From an uncultured bacterium (GTDB lineage: Bacteria; Margulisbacteria; WOR-1; CAZGTC01), in the NCBI GenBank assembly GCA_964528395.1, contig CAZGTC010000005.1:80840-144839 (forward strand): a stretch of DNA of 64,000 nucleotides, read 5' to 3'. The position numbers and the translations under genes were made by a program. This document shows positions 1-10,200 of the stretch, piece by piece; position 1 is the stretch's first letter; each line of letters starts with the position of its first letter. Under the pieces are notes generated by a model. That model saw only the letters and a list, made by a program, of their open reading frames with translations, ran no database searches and was not told the DNA's origin.

Positions 1-969
1 ATTGCCGCCCATGTACATGCCGAAAACATGGTTGCCTAGCCCTTCTTTTTCTATGGTTTTGATGAATTTTTTCTGTCCTTTTTTCTCGTTGCGGCGCGAA
101 AACTCAAAAACCGTGATATCAAAAAAGGCCTTGAGATCTTCTTCAAACTTGACGGGATCAAAATTTTCCTTTTTCACCAGCCGATGGATGGGCAGGAGCA
201 AAAGGTTCTTGTCTTCCAGCGGGCTAAAGTACATCATAATATAATTGTAGGGCTCGTCTTCTGCGATGCGCTGGTTTTTTTCCTGCATTTCATCCCGATA
301 GCGCAGCGATGCTTCATAACGATGGTGGCCGTCAGCAATAAATACCCAGCGGTCTTTCATGTCCTGCATAATTTTCTTGATTGCCGGCTTTTTGTCGATT
401 TTCCAAATACGATGGGTGTAGCGGTCTAGGTCTTTTACCTGCAAAAATGGCTTGCAGCGGGTAAATTTTTTCAAGAACTTGATAATCCGGCCTTTTTCAT
501 CAGAGAAGAGGCCGAAAATGCTCTCTAAATTAGCTTTGCATTTTTTCAATATTTCCAAGCGGTCTTGCTTGGGGCGGGAGAGGGTTTCTTCGTGGGGAAA
601 AACCTTGCTCTTGGCCAAATGTTCTAACCGAAGCAGGGCAACAAACCCGAGCCGCTTGAGTTTTTTCCCCTTAAAAGTAAATTCTTCTTCATAAATATAA
701 ATGCAGGGTTTTTCTTCTTTGACCAGGATATTGTGGCGCAGAAGCCCTTCAAAATATTGGGAAGCCCGGATATAGCGATTGTTAAATTCCGTGTCTTCTG
801 CGAATTCTTTTCCCAAAATCAAGCGGATAATATTGTAATCGCTTTGCTTGTAAAGGGATTCCTGCATTTCGGGGCTGATGACATCATACGGAGGGGCAAT
901 TACCTTTTCCAGCCGCTGGATCTTGTCTTCGTTATAATGTATTCCTCGGAAGGGGAATATTTTTACCAT
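1..969 (-). CDS. DUF1015-family protein, 3' end beyond window edge. Reverse-strand translation gives MVKIFPFRGIHYNEDKI...APPYDVISPEMQ...
   Basis: I translated the reverse complement myself. The N-terminus (PF.G..Y, PPYDVIS) is typical of DUF1015. No stop occurs before the window edge, so the C-terminus lies outside. Confidence 0.6.
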   Translation of the reverse strand, partial: MVKIFPFRGIHYNEDKIQRLEKVIAPPYDVISPEMQESLYKQSDYNIIRLILGKEFAEDTEFNNRYIRASQYFEGLLRHNILVKEEKPCIYIYEEEFTFKGKKLKRLGFVALLRLEHLAKSKVFPHEETLSRPKQDRLEILKKCKANLESIFGLFSDEKGRIIKFLKKFTRCKPFLQVKDLDRYTHRIWKIDKKPAIKKIMQDMKDRWVFIADGHHRYEASLRYRDEMQEKNQRIAEDEPYNYIMMYFSPLEDKNLLLLPIHRLVKKENFDPVKFEEDLKAFFDITVFEFSRRNEKKGQKKFIKTIEKEGLGNHVFGMYMGGN

Positions 970-1039
970 AAAAATCTTGGATATTATATCACACATGGGA
1001 AATAAACTGTGATAAAATGTTGGCCTAAGGCGGTATTTT

Positions 1040-1282
1040 ATGCATCCCCAAAATGATAAGATGAATAAAGAAATAGCGGATTTTTTGCAGGTTTACCAGG
1101 CGCTTAGCCCGCAGGCCAAAGGCGAATTTGAGGCTCAAATAACGGCTTTTTTAAAGGATCAGGACGAGAAGACCAAAAGCTTATACCAAGCGCTTTTGCA
1201 AGCAGCCAAAGACGGAGTAAGCCCTAAACAAGCAGTTGAAGATATGACCCAAGCCCATAAAAAGGATTTTCCTAAAAATTAA
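1040..1282 (+). CDS. Small hypothetical protein (80 aa), helical and K/E/Q-rich
   Basis: ORF track. Sits immediately upstream of a ferredoxin gene on the same strand. Confidence 0.4.
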   Translation: MHPQNDKMNKEIADFLQVYQALSPQAKGEFEAQITAFLKDQDEKTKSLYQALLQAAKDGVSPKQAVEDMTQAHKKDFPKN

Positions 1283-1297
1283 ATAGGAGGGAAACTT

Positions 1298-1474
1298 ATG
1301 GTAAAAATTGATCGCGAATTGTGTACTGGCTGCGGGGTTTGCTACAGCATGCGGCCGGATGTTTTTGGGCAGGAAGAAGATGGGAAAGCTATGGTAACCC
1401 GATCTTCAGCGAATGATGAAGAACTCCTGGAAACTATTGATGCTTGTCCAGTTGGAGCAATTGAGCAAGAATAA
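1298..1474 (+). CDS. Small single-cluster [4Fe-4S]/[3Fe-4S] ferredoxin (58 aa)
   Basis: My translation reads MVKIDRELCTGCGVCYSMRPDVFGQEEDGKAMV...ACPVGAIEQE. It has a CxxCxxC...CP motif and a GGAGGG Shine-Dalgarno sequence 7 nt upstream. It is not in the ORF track because it is under 60 aa. Confidence 0.7.
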   Translation: MVKIDRELCTGCGVCYSMRPDVFGQEEDGKAMVTRSSANDEELLETIDACPVGAIEQE

Positions 1475-1475
1475 G

Positions 1476-2333
1476 TTACTTTGAAATTTCTTCAATTAAC
1501 CGTTCTAAATCTTCTTTAGAGAAATAATCGATCTCTATTTTTCCGCGCGTAGTTTGGCCGAAAATCCTAACTTTGGTGGCCAAGCGGGTGGTTAATTGTT
1601 CTTCTATGTTTTTTAGCTCCAAATTGCGGGTAAATTTTTTGCGTACAGTTTGTTTTTGCGGCTTGTTTGGCGACGCAAATCCAGCTACAGTTTCAACATC
1701 CCTTACGCTCATTTTGGTTTCCACGATTTTATTCCAAAGCTCGAGCTGTTTTTCCTTAGTATCAAGGGCTAGGAGGGCGCGGGCGTGGCCAGCTGAAATT
1801 TTATTGCTGCGCAGGCTTTCTTTGATCTCATCCGGCAAAGTTAAAAGGCGCAAGGTGTTGGTAATGGAGGAGCGGCTTTTTCCCACGCGCTTGGCGATCT
1901 CTTCCTGCGGGATATCAAATTCTGAAGACAGTTTTTGGTAAGCTTCGGCAGCTTCCATGGGATTGAGGTCTTCCCTCTGTAAATTTTCGATCAGCGCGAT
2001 TTCCAAAGATTGCTGGTCAGAAAAATCTTTTACAATCGCAGGAATAACATTTAAGCCAGCAATCTTTGCAGCGCGGAAACGGCGCTCCCCAGCAATAAGT
2101 TCATAAGTTCCCTGCTTCATCCTGACCAGAACCGGCTGGATAATGCCTTGTTCTTTGATGGAGTTGGCCAGTTCTTGGATGGCTTTGTCCGAAAAGTGCA
2201 AACGCGGCTGGCGCGGGTTGGGAATAATCTTATTAATATCAATATTAATAATTGTCCTTCCCCCCATAAAAACCGACCCTTCTGGAATCAATGCATTCAA
2301 CCCTTTGCCTAAACCTCGTTTAATGTTTGACAT
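1476..2333 (-). CDS. parB: Chromosome partitioning protein ParB/Spo0J
   Basis: The GERRFRAAKIAGL ParB box and an HTH region are present. It overlaps parA in the classic arrangement. Confidence 0.9.
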   Translation of the reverse strand: MSNIKRGLGKGLNALIPEGSVFMGGRTIINIDINKIIPNPRQPRLHFSDKAIQELANSIKEQGIIQPVLVRMKQGTYELIAGERRFRAAKIAGLNVIPAIVKDFSDQQSLEIALIENLQREDLNPMEAAEAYQKLSSEFDIPQEEIAKRVGKSRSSITNTLRLLTLPDEIKESLRSNKISAGHARALLALDTKEKQLELWNKIVETKMSVRDVETVAGFASPNKPQKQTVRKKFTRNLELKNIEEQLTTRLATKVRIFGQTTRGKIEIDYFSKEDLERLIEEISK

Positions 2334-3100
2334 TCAAACACCTCCTCGGAAATCATTTCTTGCGTTAACTGTTCGTAAGCTTTGGCGCCGGTAGAGCCAG
2401 GATCATAAAAAAGGATCGGCTGCCCGAAACTCGGGGCTTCGGCTAAGCGAACATTTCTTGGGATAATAGTTTTAAAGACCTTAGTGCCGAAGTGTTTTTT
2501 GGTTTCTTCGACCACTTGTTCGGCCAAAACTGTCCGTTTATTATACATGGTCATAACAATTCCGCAAATCTTTAAGTTGGGATTCAAACTGTTCTTAACC
2601 ATGTCCAAAGTTTTGGTTAATTGGCTGATGCCTTCAAGCGCATAATACTCGCATTGTATAGGGATAATTACTTCATGGGCGGCGGTCAAGGCATTCACGG
2701 TTAAAAGGCTAAGGGAAGGCGGGCAGTCAATCAAAATATATTCATATTTATCGCGGATGCATTCCAAGGCTTCTTTTAATTTATATTCTCTTTGATTTTT
2801 ATCCACCAACTCAACATCGGCTCCAGCAAGCTTTGGGGTGGCGGGGATGATGTCTAAGCCGTTTATGGAAGAGGGAATAATCGCGTCTTGGGCAGACATT
2901 TCTCCGATGATTACATCATATAAGCATCTTTCTACGCGCATCCTTTCTACCCCTAGGCCGGACGAAGCATTGCCCTGGGAATCAAGGTCAACGACCAGGA
3001 CTTTTTTTCCGAAATTAGCGAGAAAAGCGGCAAGGTTAACGCAAGTGGTGGTTTTTCCAACCCCGCCTTTTTGATTGACAACTGCGTAGATGGTGGACAT
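2309..3100 (-). CDS. parA: ParA/Soj partition ATPase
   Basis: Deviant Walker A motif VVNQKGGVGKTTT at the N-terminus, and ParA-like throughout. Confidence 0.9.
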   Translation of the reverse strand: MSTIYAVVNQKGGVGKTTTCVNLAAFLANFGKKVLVVDLDSQGNASSGLGVERMRVERCLYDVIIGEMSAQDAIIPSSINGLDIIPATPKLAGADVELVDKNQREYKLKEALECIRDKYEYILIDCPPSLSLLTVNALTAAHEVIIPIQCEYYALEGISQLTKTLDMVKNSLNPNLKICGIVMTMYNKRTVLAEQVVEETKKHFGTKVFKTIIPRNVRLAEAPSFGQPILFYDPGSTGAKAYEQLTQEMISEEVFECQTLNEV

Positions 3101-3240
3101 GAATTTAGTATAGCAGAAAAGGCAAGAAAAAATCCTAATGTCCGAAAGCCCGAAATATTAAGAAGATATTTTATCGAAAGTGAAATTTTTGAATAGGGCG
3201 GACGATAATAAAAAAGATTCCTATTAGGAGGGACAACATA

Positions 3241-5241
3241 ATGAAAAATCAATGTGTAAAGAGAAAGCCTCTGCCAGTTGCCAACAATATAAATAATGTA
3301 GCTGGAATTGAGAGAGCAATAATTTTCTTAAAGAATACAGCTTTTGCTTTCCCTAGTCAGCCTACGATTGTCAAGGTAATGCCTAGTTCTTTAGTTTTAC
3401 ATGAACAATACTTTACGGACTCCAAACTATGTGGAATTTTGCGTGATATGGGGGTTGTTGGTTTCAGAATAATAAAAAGGCATGGAGAACAGAAGGTTTT
3501 AGAAGAACTTCAAAAATTATTTGAGTATGTTTTTGATACAGATGAAAATGCAGTTGCTGCTCTAATGAAGGCGTCTATTGTTTTGGAGAAATTGCCGCAG
3601 ACCGAGGAAGCTAAAAACCCTCAGTTGAATTTAATAGATGATTTACTTACTGTTGATCGTACATCTTTAGATCCAGAGACATGTGGGATATTAGGGAATA
3701 TAGATCAATTATTGTGGGATCTTAATGGTAATAGGCGAGCCATAATAGAAGCAATTCAGACGATAAAAATAAAAGGCAAACCAATCCCTTTTTTTGTTGC
3801 AGAAGGACTTTTTGGTCGCGGCCTTATTATTGAGAGAATTATTAAAATGATCGATTTTTGTCGTTGGCAAGGTGGTAGGTTTTCAATTTCGAATGCTTCG
3901 CAAATGGCATTAACCAAGAATCCCGAAGGAGCTTTTAAAAAAGCTATTGAAATAGTAGAGATGCAAGGTAGTAGTAAAAATAAAATATTTAGTGCGGCTC
4001 AAGCAACAGAAATAGCAACCTCAAAAAATCCCCCAGCCACTTTAACCTTTGTTTTGAGCATTATGGAATTAACAGATGAGAGAAAAGAGTTTATTTTTAA
4101 TGCAGCGCAGGCCGTGCAAATAGCTATTTCTCAAAATCCAGAAGGGGCAAAACAGGACGCATTGGATGCGTATAATTGGATTGATAGCTTAGGTTGCCGA
4201 TGTTTTAATGCTTCCCAAGCTACTCGGCTGGCAACGGCAAGGGATTTTACTGCTTCAGTGGTAATTGCAGTTGATATTTTAGAGTTAAGAGGGGAAGATA
4301 AAAAAAGGTTGTTTAGCCCTAGTCAAGCAATAACAATTGCAACATCAAGTAATCCGGGAGAATCAAAAGAAATAGCTTTGGGTCTTATGCGGAAAAATGT
4401 CCAAGGGGAGAGAGTGTTTGATGCAGCCCAAGCAACAAAAATAGCAACCTCAAGAAAGCCCAGGGAATTAAGTGGGGCTATCAGCGTTATAATGCAGTTA
4501 GAAGACGAAGGTAAAAATCTTTTGTTTAATTCTGCCCAAGCGGTACAAATTGCGACAGCAAAAAATCCCAGCCACGCCCTGAATTTAGTACTAAGCTTGC
4601 TCGGGAAAAAAATTGGAGAGGAAAGAATGTTTACTCCTGCCCAAGCAATAAAAATAGCTAATTCTAAAGATCCTGAAAAAGCTGAAAAAATCCATTTAGA
4701 CATAATAAAATTGCGTGACAAAGCAGGAAACAAAATTTTTACCAGTTCGCAAGCAGCAGATATAGCATCATCTTCGAACCCAGATGTTTCACTAGAAATA
4801 GCTTTAAGAATATTGCGGATAGTAGATGTAAAAGGAAATTGTGTTTTTAATGCAGCGCAAGCAATATCAATAGTCACAGCTAAAAACCCCGAAGAAGCCT
4901 TAAGGCTTTCACAAGAGCTTCTGACTGAAGAAAAACTAGCACAACTGTCTCTTACTGTTGTGCAAGCTGTAGATATTGCAACTTCAAATAATTCACGAGT
5001 AGCTCTCTCCAGGACATTAAAAATAATTAACCTTAAAGGAGATGGAGGCGAAAAGATATTTAGCGTAAAGCAGGCAATTGCTATTGCAACTTCATCTAAT
5101 CCAAGCTTGGTAGAGGGGGCGGTACTTGCGCTTGTAAAGTTTTATGATCCAGGAGAAGCGTTAAGCATAGCATTATCACCTAAGATGGAAGAAGTTCTTA
5201 TCTCCCATGGGATTAAATTAGGAGAGAGTGAAGAAGAGTAA
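3241..5241 (+). CDS. Tandem-repeat protein with ~12 copies of a ~39-aa unit (F.AAQA.QIATSKNP...L..LL...). Function unknown.
   Basis: The periodicity is visible in the translation. The amino-acid composition is coherent and the gene starts with ATG. Confidence 0.6.
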   Translation: MKNQCVKRKPLPVANNINNVAGIERAIIFLKNTAFAFPSQPTIVKVMPSSLVLHEQYFTDSKLCGILRDMGVVGFRIIKRHGEQKVLEELQKLFEYVFDTDENAVAALMKASIVLEKLPQTEEAKNPQLNLIDDLLTVDRTSLDPETCGILGNIDQLLWDLNGNRRAIIEAIQTIKIKGKPIPFFVAEGLFGRGLIIERIIKMIDFCRWQGGRFSISNASQMALTKNPEGAFKKAIEIVEMQGSSKNKIFSAAQATEIATSKNPPATLTFVLSIMELTDERKEFIFNAAQAVQIAISQNPEGAKQDALDAYNWIDSLGCRCFNASQATRLATARDFTASVVIAVDILELRGEDKKRLFSPSQAITIATSSNPGESKEIALGLMRKNVQGERVFDAAQATKIATSRKPRELSGAISVIMQLEDEGKNLLFNSAQAVQIATAKNPSHALNLVLSLLGKKIGEERMFTPAQAIKIANSKDPEKAEKIHLDIIKLRDKAGNKIFTSSQAADIASSSNPDVSLEIALRILRIVDVKGNCVFNAAQAISIVTAKNPEEALRLSQELLTEEKLAQLSLTVVQAVDIATSNNSRVALSRTLKIINLKGDGGEKIFSVKQAIAIATSSNPSLVEGAVLALVKFYDPGEALSIALSPKMEEVLISHGIKLGESEEE

Positions 5242-5251
5242 TTGCTTTTTA

Positions 5252-5986
5252 TTAATTCGCGCAAGATAATTTAGAGATGATCTGTTCGCGCACTTCGTTC
5301 AAGACTTTTTCTTGGTCTTCCCTCTTGTGATTTTCCGGAACTTCGGATTGGATGGCCGGAGAAATAGTTAAATTAACTGTGGTGTAATTTAAAATAAAAC
5401 CGCCTTTTTGCATAATATTGTAACTTCCATCGATAGTAATGGGCAGGATAGGGGCGTGACTAATAAAAGCCAGCATCAAACTGCCTCTCTTAAATTCCCC
5501 GACTTTCCCGTCTTTAGATCGGGTGCCTTCGGGAAAGATCAAGATATTTTCTCCTTGTTTTATCAAGTCTTTAGCCTGGTTTAGGGTTTTGATTGCGCTG
5601 CGGGCCGAATCCCGATCAATTGAAAGATAACCAGCTTTTCTTAAATACCAGCCAAAAATTGGCACCTTGAAAAGCTCTTGTTTTATGATAAAACGAAAAC
5701 TCTGGGGCAGGCCAGCCAAAAGGATCAATATATCAGCTGCGCTTTGATGGTTCGCAACAACTACTAAACCATTATTTTTTGGAAAATTTTCTAATCCATA
5801 CACCTTTAATTTGGATCCGGACATGCAAATTAGCAATTTAGCCCACATTCGAGCGGCAATCAAAAAAGGCCGGGTTTTGTCTTTTTCTTGCATTGAAATT
5901 GCAAAGGCAATTGAAGTGCCGATTACATAAGTTAGCGCAGCAATTAAGTAAACCATAAGAGAATGCGCGATTTTTATGAATTGCAT
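5252..5986 (-). CDS. plsC: 1-acyl-sn-glycerol-3-phosphate acyltransferase
   Basis: NHQSAADILIL (HxxxxD motif) and FPEGTRS motif, with an N-terminal transmembrane helix. Confidence 0.8.
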   Translation of the reverse strand: MQFIKIAHSLMVYLIAALTYVIGTSIAFAISMQEKDKTRPFLIAARMWAKLLICMSGSKLKVYGLENFPKNNGLVVVANHQSAADILILLAGLPQSFRFIIKQELFKVPIFGWYLRKAGYLSIDRDSARSAIKTLNQAKDLIKQGENILIFPEGTRSKDGKVGEFKRGSLMLAFISHAPILPITIDGSYNIMQKGGFILNYTTVNLTISPAIQSEVPENHKREDQEKVLNEVREQIISKLSCAN

Positions 5987-6102
5987 AATGATTTACTATA
6001 ACATAAAAATAAAAAGTCCGAAATCCGAAAGTCCGAACAAGGTAAAATTTTATATATACTATTCCTTGTTAGGAAATTAGGACATTCGGAAATTTTTTGT
6101 TT

Positions 6103-7071
6103 TTATATTATTCTCCATAGTTCTTCTTTTGTGGTTAATCCGAGCTTGATTTTTTCTTTTCCATCTTCAGCAAGAGTTTTAAAATTTTGGCTGATGGCTT
6201 CTTGAAGATTATTTTCAACCATGAACATTTCAAATATTCCGATCCGGCCTCCCTGCGGTTTTCTGGCCAAGCGCTGGGCAACCACGCCGATTAAAGTGGC
6301 ATTGATCAAAAAATTTGGGATCCCGATATCTTTTAAGCGCGTAATCGCAGAAACTGCGTCATTGGTATGCAGGGTTGAAAGCACCAGATGCCCGGTGAGT
6401 GCGGATTGGATGGCAATTTTTGCAGTTTCTTCGTCCCGGATTTCTCCAATCATAATAATATCTGGATCCTGCCGCAAAATAGAGCGCAGCCCGCGGCTAA
6501 AAGTTAAACCAGTTTTATAATTGACCTGGATTTGATTGATTCCTGGCAGTTTATATTCAATCGGGTCTTCGATGGTTGAAATATTTACCTCGCTGGAGTT
6601 CAAAATATTGAGCGAAGCATAAAGCGTGGTAGTTTTTCCAGACCCAGTTGGACCAGTAACCAGCAAGATTCCGGTTTTTCTCTGCAGCATTTTATGGTAA
6701 AGCGTTAAGTGTTCTTTTTGCATGCCGAGATTTTCCAGCGATAAGAGCGAGTGTTCTCGATTGAGAATCCTGATGACGCATTTTTCGCCATGGCATGTCG
6801 GAATTATCGATATCCTAAGGTCCATTTTTTGGTATTGGATTCTCCCGTCTTGCGGCAATCTTTTTTCCGCAATATCCAGATGGGAGATGACTTTAATCCT
6901 GGAAACAATTTGCAAATGGGCGTCTTTTGAGAGGGAATTTATCTCATTTAAAATCCCATCGGTGCGAAAACGGACCCGGCTATTTTCTTCTTGCGGCTCA
7001 ATATGGATATCTGAAGATTTGCATTTTATAGCTTGATCTAATAGTTCGTTTAAAGTATTAATTGTGTTCAT
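6103..7071 (-). CDS. pilT: Type IV pilus retraction/twitching ATPase PilT
   Basis: GPTGSGKTTTLYASL Walker A and PilT/GspE-family sequence throughout. I moved the start to the internal Met (MNTINTLNELL) because the upstream extension lacks PilT similarity and overlaps the next gene. Confidence 0.8.
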   Translation of the reverse strand: MNTINTLNELLDQAIKCKSSDIHIEPQEENSRVRFRTDGILNEINSLSKDAHLQIVSRIKVISHLDIAEKRLPQDGRIQYQKMDLRISIIPTCHGEKCVIRILNREHSLLSLENLGMQKEHLTLYHKMLQRKTGILLVTGPTGSGKTTTLYASLNILNSSEVNISTIEDPIEYKLPGINQIQVNYKTGLTFSRGLRSILRQDPDIIMIGEIRDEETAKIAIQSALTGHLVLSTLHTNDAVSAITRLKDIGIPNFLINATLIGVVAQRLARKPQGGRIGIFEMFMVENNLQEAISQNFKTLAEDGKEKIKLGLTTKEELWRII

Positions 7072-7225
7072 ACAGGGGTAATATGCAATTTTCAGGCCAG
7101 CAATAAATAATGGAACCCACCAGCCGCCTAAAAAAAATATTTTACCAGGTGAAATTTTTTTAAGGATTGTTAGAAGGTACCTTAAGGTTTGTAAGCGTTT
7201 TATAATAAAAGACAGTTTAGTTTTT

Positions 7226-10200
7226 ATGTATATAAATTTTTTACTTGATTGTTTTCCTTTGTTAAGTTCCCCGGTTCTTATCCGCACGGAAATTTCTGAA
7301 GAGAAAAAACAATTGTTATGGAAATTGAAGTGGGAAGCTTCTCCCGAAGAAAGAGTTCGCATTGCTGAAACTTTGGGAGAATTAAAGGATGATAATGCCG
7401 CTATTATTCAAGGCCTTGCAAATGCTTCTTTGGGAGTTAGCTGGAGAGTTAATTATAAAGCCCTGGAAGCTTTGGCGACGATTAATACTTCCAAATCAAT
7501 TTCAAAACTCCTGCAGAGAATTGGCAGCTATGTTGTTTCCGCTAATTTTGCTTCTTTGGTAGAAGTTCTAAATAATCCCAAGTCAACCCTTCCGCAAAGA
7601 TTGTCAGCGCTCATAAATTTGGGGAGAATAAGAGATCGCCGGGCGGTCAAAATTTTGTGTGATATTTTATTGAACCGTAAGGAATGCTGGCAGATGCAAG
7701 CCGTGGCAGCAGAGGCCCTGGCAGAGTTTGGTTTTGAAGCGGTTGAAGCTTTGAAAAAAGCCTTAGAAAATTGCTGCTGGCGGGCAAAACCTTATATTGT
7801 CCAGTCTTTGGGAAGAATTTTTCTGCTGCATACGCTTGCATTAAAAATTACAAAAAATCCAATTTATAAAGATGCGTTGCAAGTTAAGCAAATATGCCAA
7901 AACCACAAGGCTTTGGCCGAGGGTGTTGTAAATGTCCTTATAAAAGCGATTAGGGAAAATAACTGCGTGGTTGGAAAATATGCGGCGGGTGCGCTGGCAA
8001 TGATAAAGGATGAGCAGGGGCTGCCGATTTTATTAAAGGTTTTTAGGAGTGCAGATCTGAATTTTCGCAAGCATATAGCTATGCTGGTGCTGGATAACCT
8101 AAAACAGCATTCTTTTGTTACTGGGTTCGCTTTGTTTTCCAAGCAAATATTTGAAAATATGGAGCTGGAAGAAAAAGGTTTTTTAATTTCTATAGCCAGG
8201 GAGATCTACGGTTCTGAAAAAGGCCATTTAGCGGGTTTCTACCAAATTTATCAAGTATCTCCCCCGCCGCCACAGCCTCAAGTTTATCCTGCCAGTGCCC
8301 CCAAAAAAGCAGTTATCGTAAAAAAACAAACAAAAGAAAAATCGCCGTTGGAAATAAAAAAAGGACAGTTATTAAGATCTTTACAAGAGGGTTTAACTAA
8401 ATTAAATTTTCAGGTGGCAGCGTATGAGAAAAATCGTTCTATTCCAGTACAATTGTTCCATTCATTCAAGGCTGCAATTGCCCAATTTAAGCTGCGCTGG
8501 CTGAATAAAATTAATGCTGAAATAAATAGCGGCTTAAATTTTGCTTCTTTAACAAAAGAAATTCGCCAAAATGTTGAAGGTTTATCAAATTTATTAAAGC
8601 AACAGTACGTTAATGTTTATCAAAAAACCAAGATGTATAGTATTGAAGATAAAGAAAGCGTATGTATGCGAGTGGCCGGGTGCTATGGGCTAAAAAAAAT
8701 AAAATTCCCAACTCCAGGGCTGGAAGCAAGGTGGCAGAAGTGGTGGAAGTTATATAGAAATAGCATGTATAGGGAGATCAATAAAACTATCGCCCGATAT
8801 GATATAGATAAAAAAATCTGGTTGAATAAGGCCAAGCCCGAAGAAAAACTGGCGTTGTATTATAGTTTTCAAAAGTACCGCACTTTTCTGGAAAGAGCAA
8901 AAAAAGATCTGCCCGCAATTGTAAAAACTTTGTTTTTAGCCCTGAAATTCGATGGAAACTACGAAGTCCTAAAAGATTTACTCTTCGAAAGGATTTTTCC
9001 CAGATTAGAAATTCATCAAAAGTTATCTTATAAAAACGCAGCAGGACTATATTATATAGGTAGCAAAAAATATTTGGGTAGAAATGTGCGGCAAGGAACG
9101 ATTAAGTTAAAGCAAAAAAGTACGTGTGAAAGTTATAATTTGTTTTCAGATGTTAATGTCCATGAAATCATGCATTCTTTGCCAGATAGAGGAGTAAATT
9201 ATAAAAAGGAAGCTTACAATTTGTTTTTTGAAGGCGTGACAGAATTTTTGCATCAAGTGTTAAATCAATATTTTTATCTTCCAAAATATGTTGCTTATGC
9301 GAGTGAGGTTGTATTAGTTTACGCTGCTTCGCTTTTTGATTTTAAAGCAGTGGTTGATTATTATCGCGGGGCTAATGCCATAAAATGGATGCATTTAGCT
9401 AATAAACTGTTTTTAAATTATCCAGTTTTAAAAACCGTTTTCCTTTCTTTAGAACCCAAAATCAAATCAGAGGATTCGGCTAAAAGAAAAAAGGCAGCTA
9501 TAGCTATTATCAAGGAGCGCTTTCAAGAATTAAAACCAGAAAAGATTGTGAGCTTGATCTCGCGCCCTTATCTGCCATATGATTTGCCTTTTTGGATGGG
9601 GAATTTTTATAAGTTTCTTATTAGTGAAAAAACAATTCCGGATATAAATAAGAGAAGAAACGTAGCTTATCTTCTCTTGAAAGCGTTTGTTAGGCTGGAA
9701 AAATATTATGTTATTTCTGAAAAGTCAATTATATATTTGACGGGGTTGCTTTCTTTAAAACAAAAACAACAATTGTTTGGAGATTTTTCTAGGCAGTTGC
9801 TGTTCGATTCCGCAAATCATGATATTCGCTATTTTTATCCTATTTATGCTTTAGCTTATGATATGAAAGATCTTCGATATTATATCCGAGGATTTAATCT
9901 ATTAATAAAAGCACTTGATAAGCTCAATTTTTGCACCTCGGTTAATTTGAACATAAATCCATTTAGCGTGGTTGCCCAATTAGCGCAAAGGATATTTGAA
10001 AAAAATTCGGATTTTTCATTTTTTAGGGTTGCTTGGGAGAAAATATCCCATAAATTAGAAGAAACTCCCGGCGAATATTTAAAGGGAGGAGATTATCAAG
10101 TGCTGAAAGATTTATTAAATAATTTTAAGGATGAAGAAAAAGAGGAAAAGGCAAAAAAATTCCGTTTGTTAGTAGAAAAAAAGATTAGGGAATATTTGGA

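Noticed and set aside
2-1005. Four plus-strand ORFs (2..244, 184..429, 452..694, 733..1005)
   Set aside because: Their translations are low-complexity and non-protein-like. The reverse strand encodes a continuous DUF1015-family protein with a convincing N-terminus, so these are shadow ORFs.
1573-2394. Plus-strand ORFs 1573..1941 and 2143..2394
   Set aside because: They are antisense to parB/parA and have no supporting features.
3101-3240. Possible oriC next to parAB
   Set aside because: No cluster of DnaA-box-like 9-mers (TTATCCACA variants) and no dnaA/dnaN nearby. It is only a short AT-rich divergent promoter region.
4323-4877. Minus-strand ORFs embedded in repeat genes (4323..4877, 21354..22007, 22413..22811, 13262..13486, 14427..14954)
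   Set aside because: They are antisense to strongly supported genes. Repetitive Ala-rich antisense frames are expected from repeat DNA without stop codons.
7072-7362. N-terminal extension of the pilT ORF (MRTLSSGEASHFNF...)
   Set aside because: The extension has no PilT similarity and is Cys/Phe-rich junk. It overlaps the start of the 7226 gene. The internal Met (MNTINTLNELL) gives a normal-length PilT.
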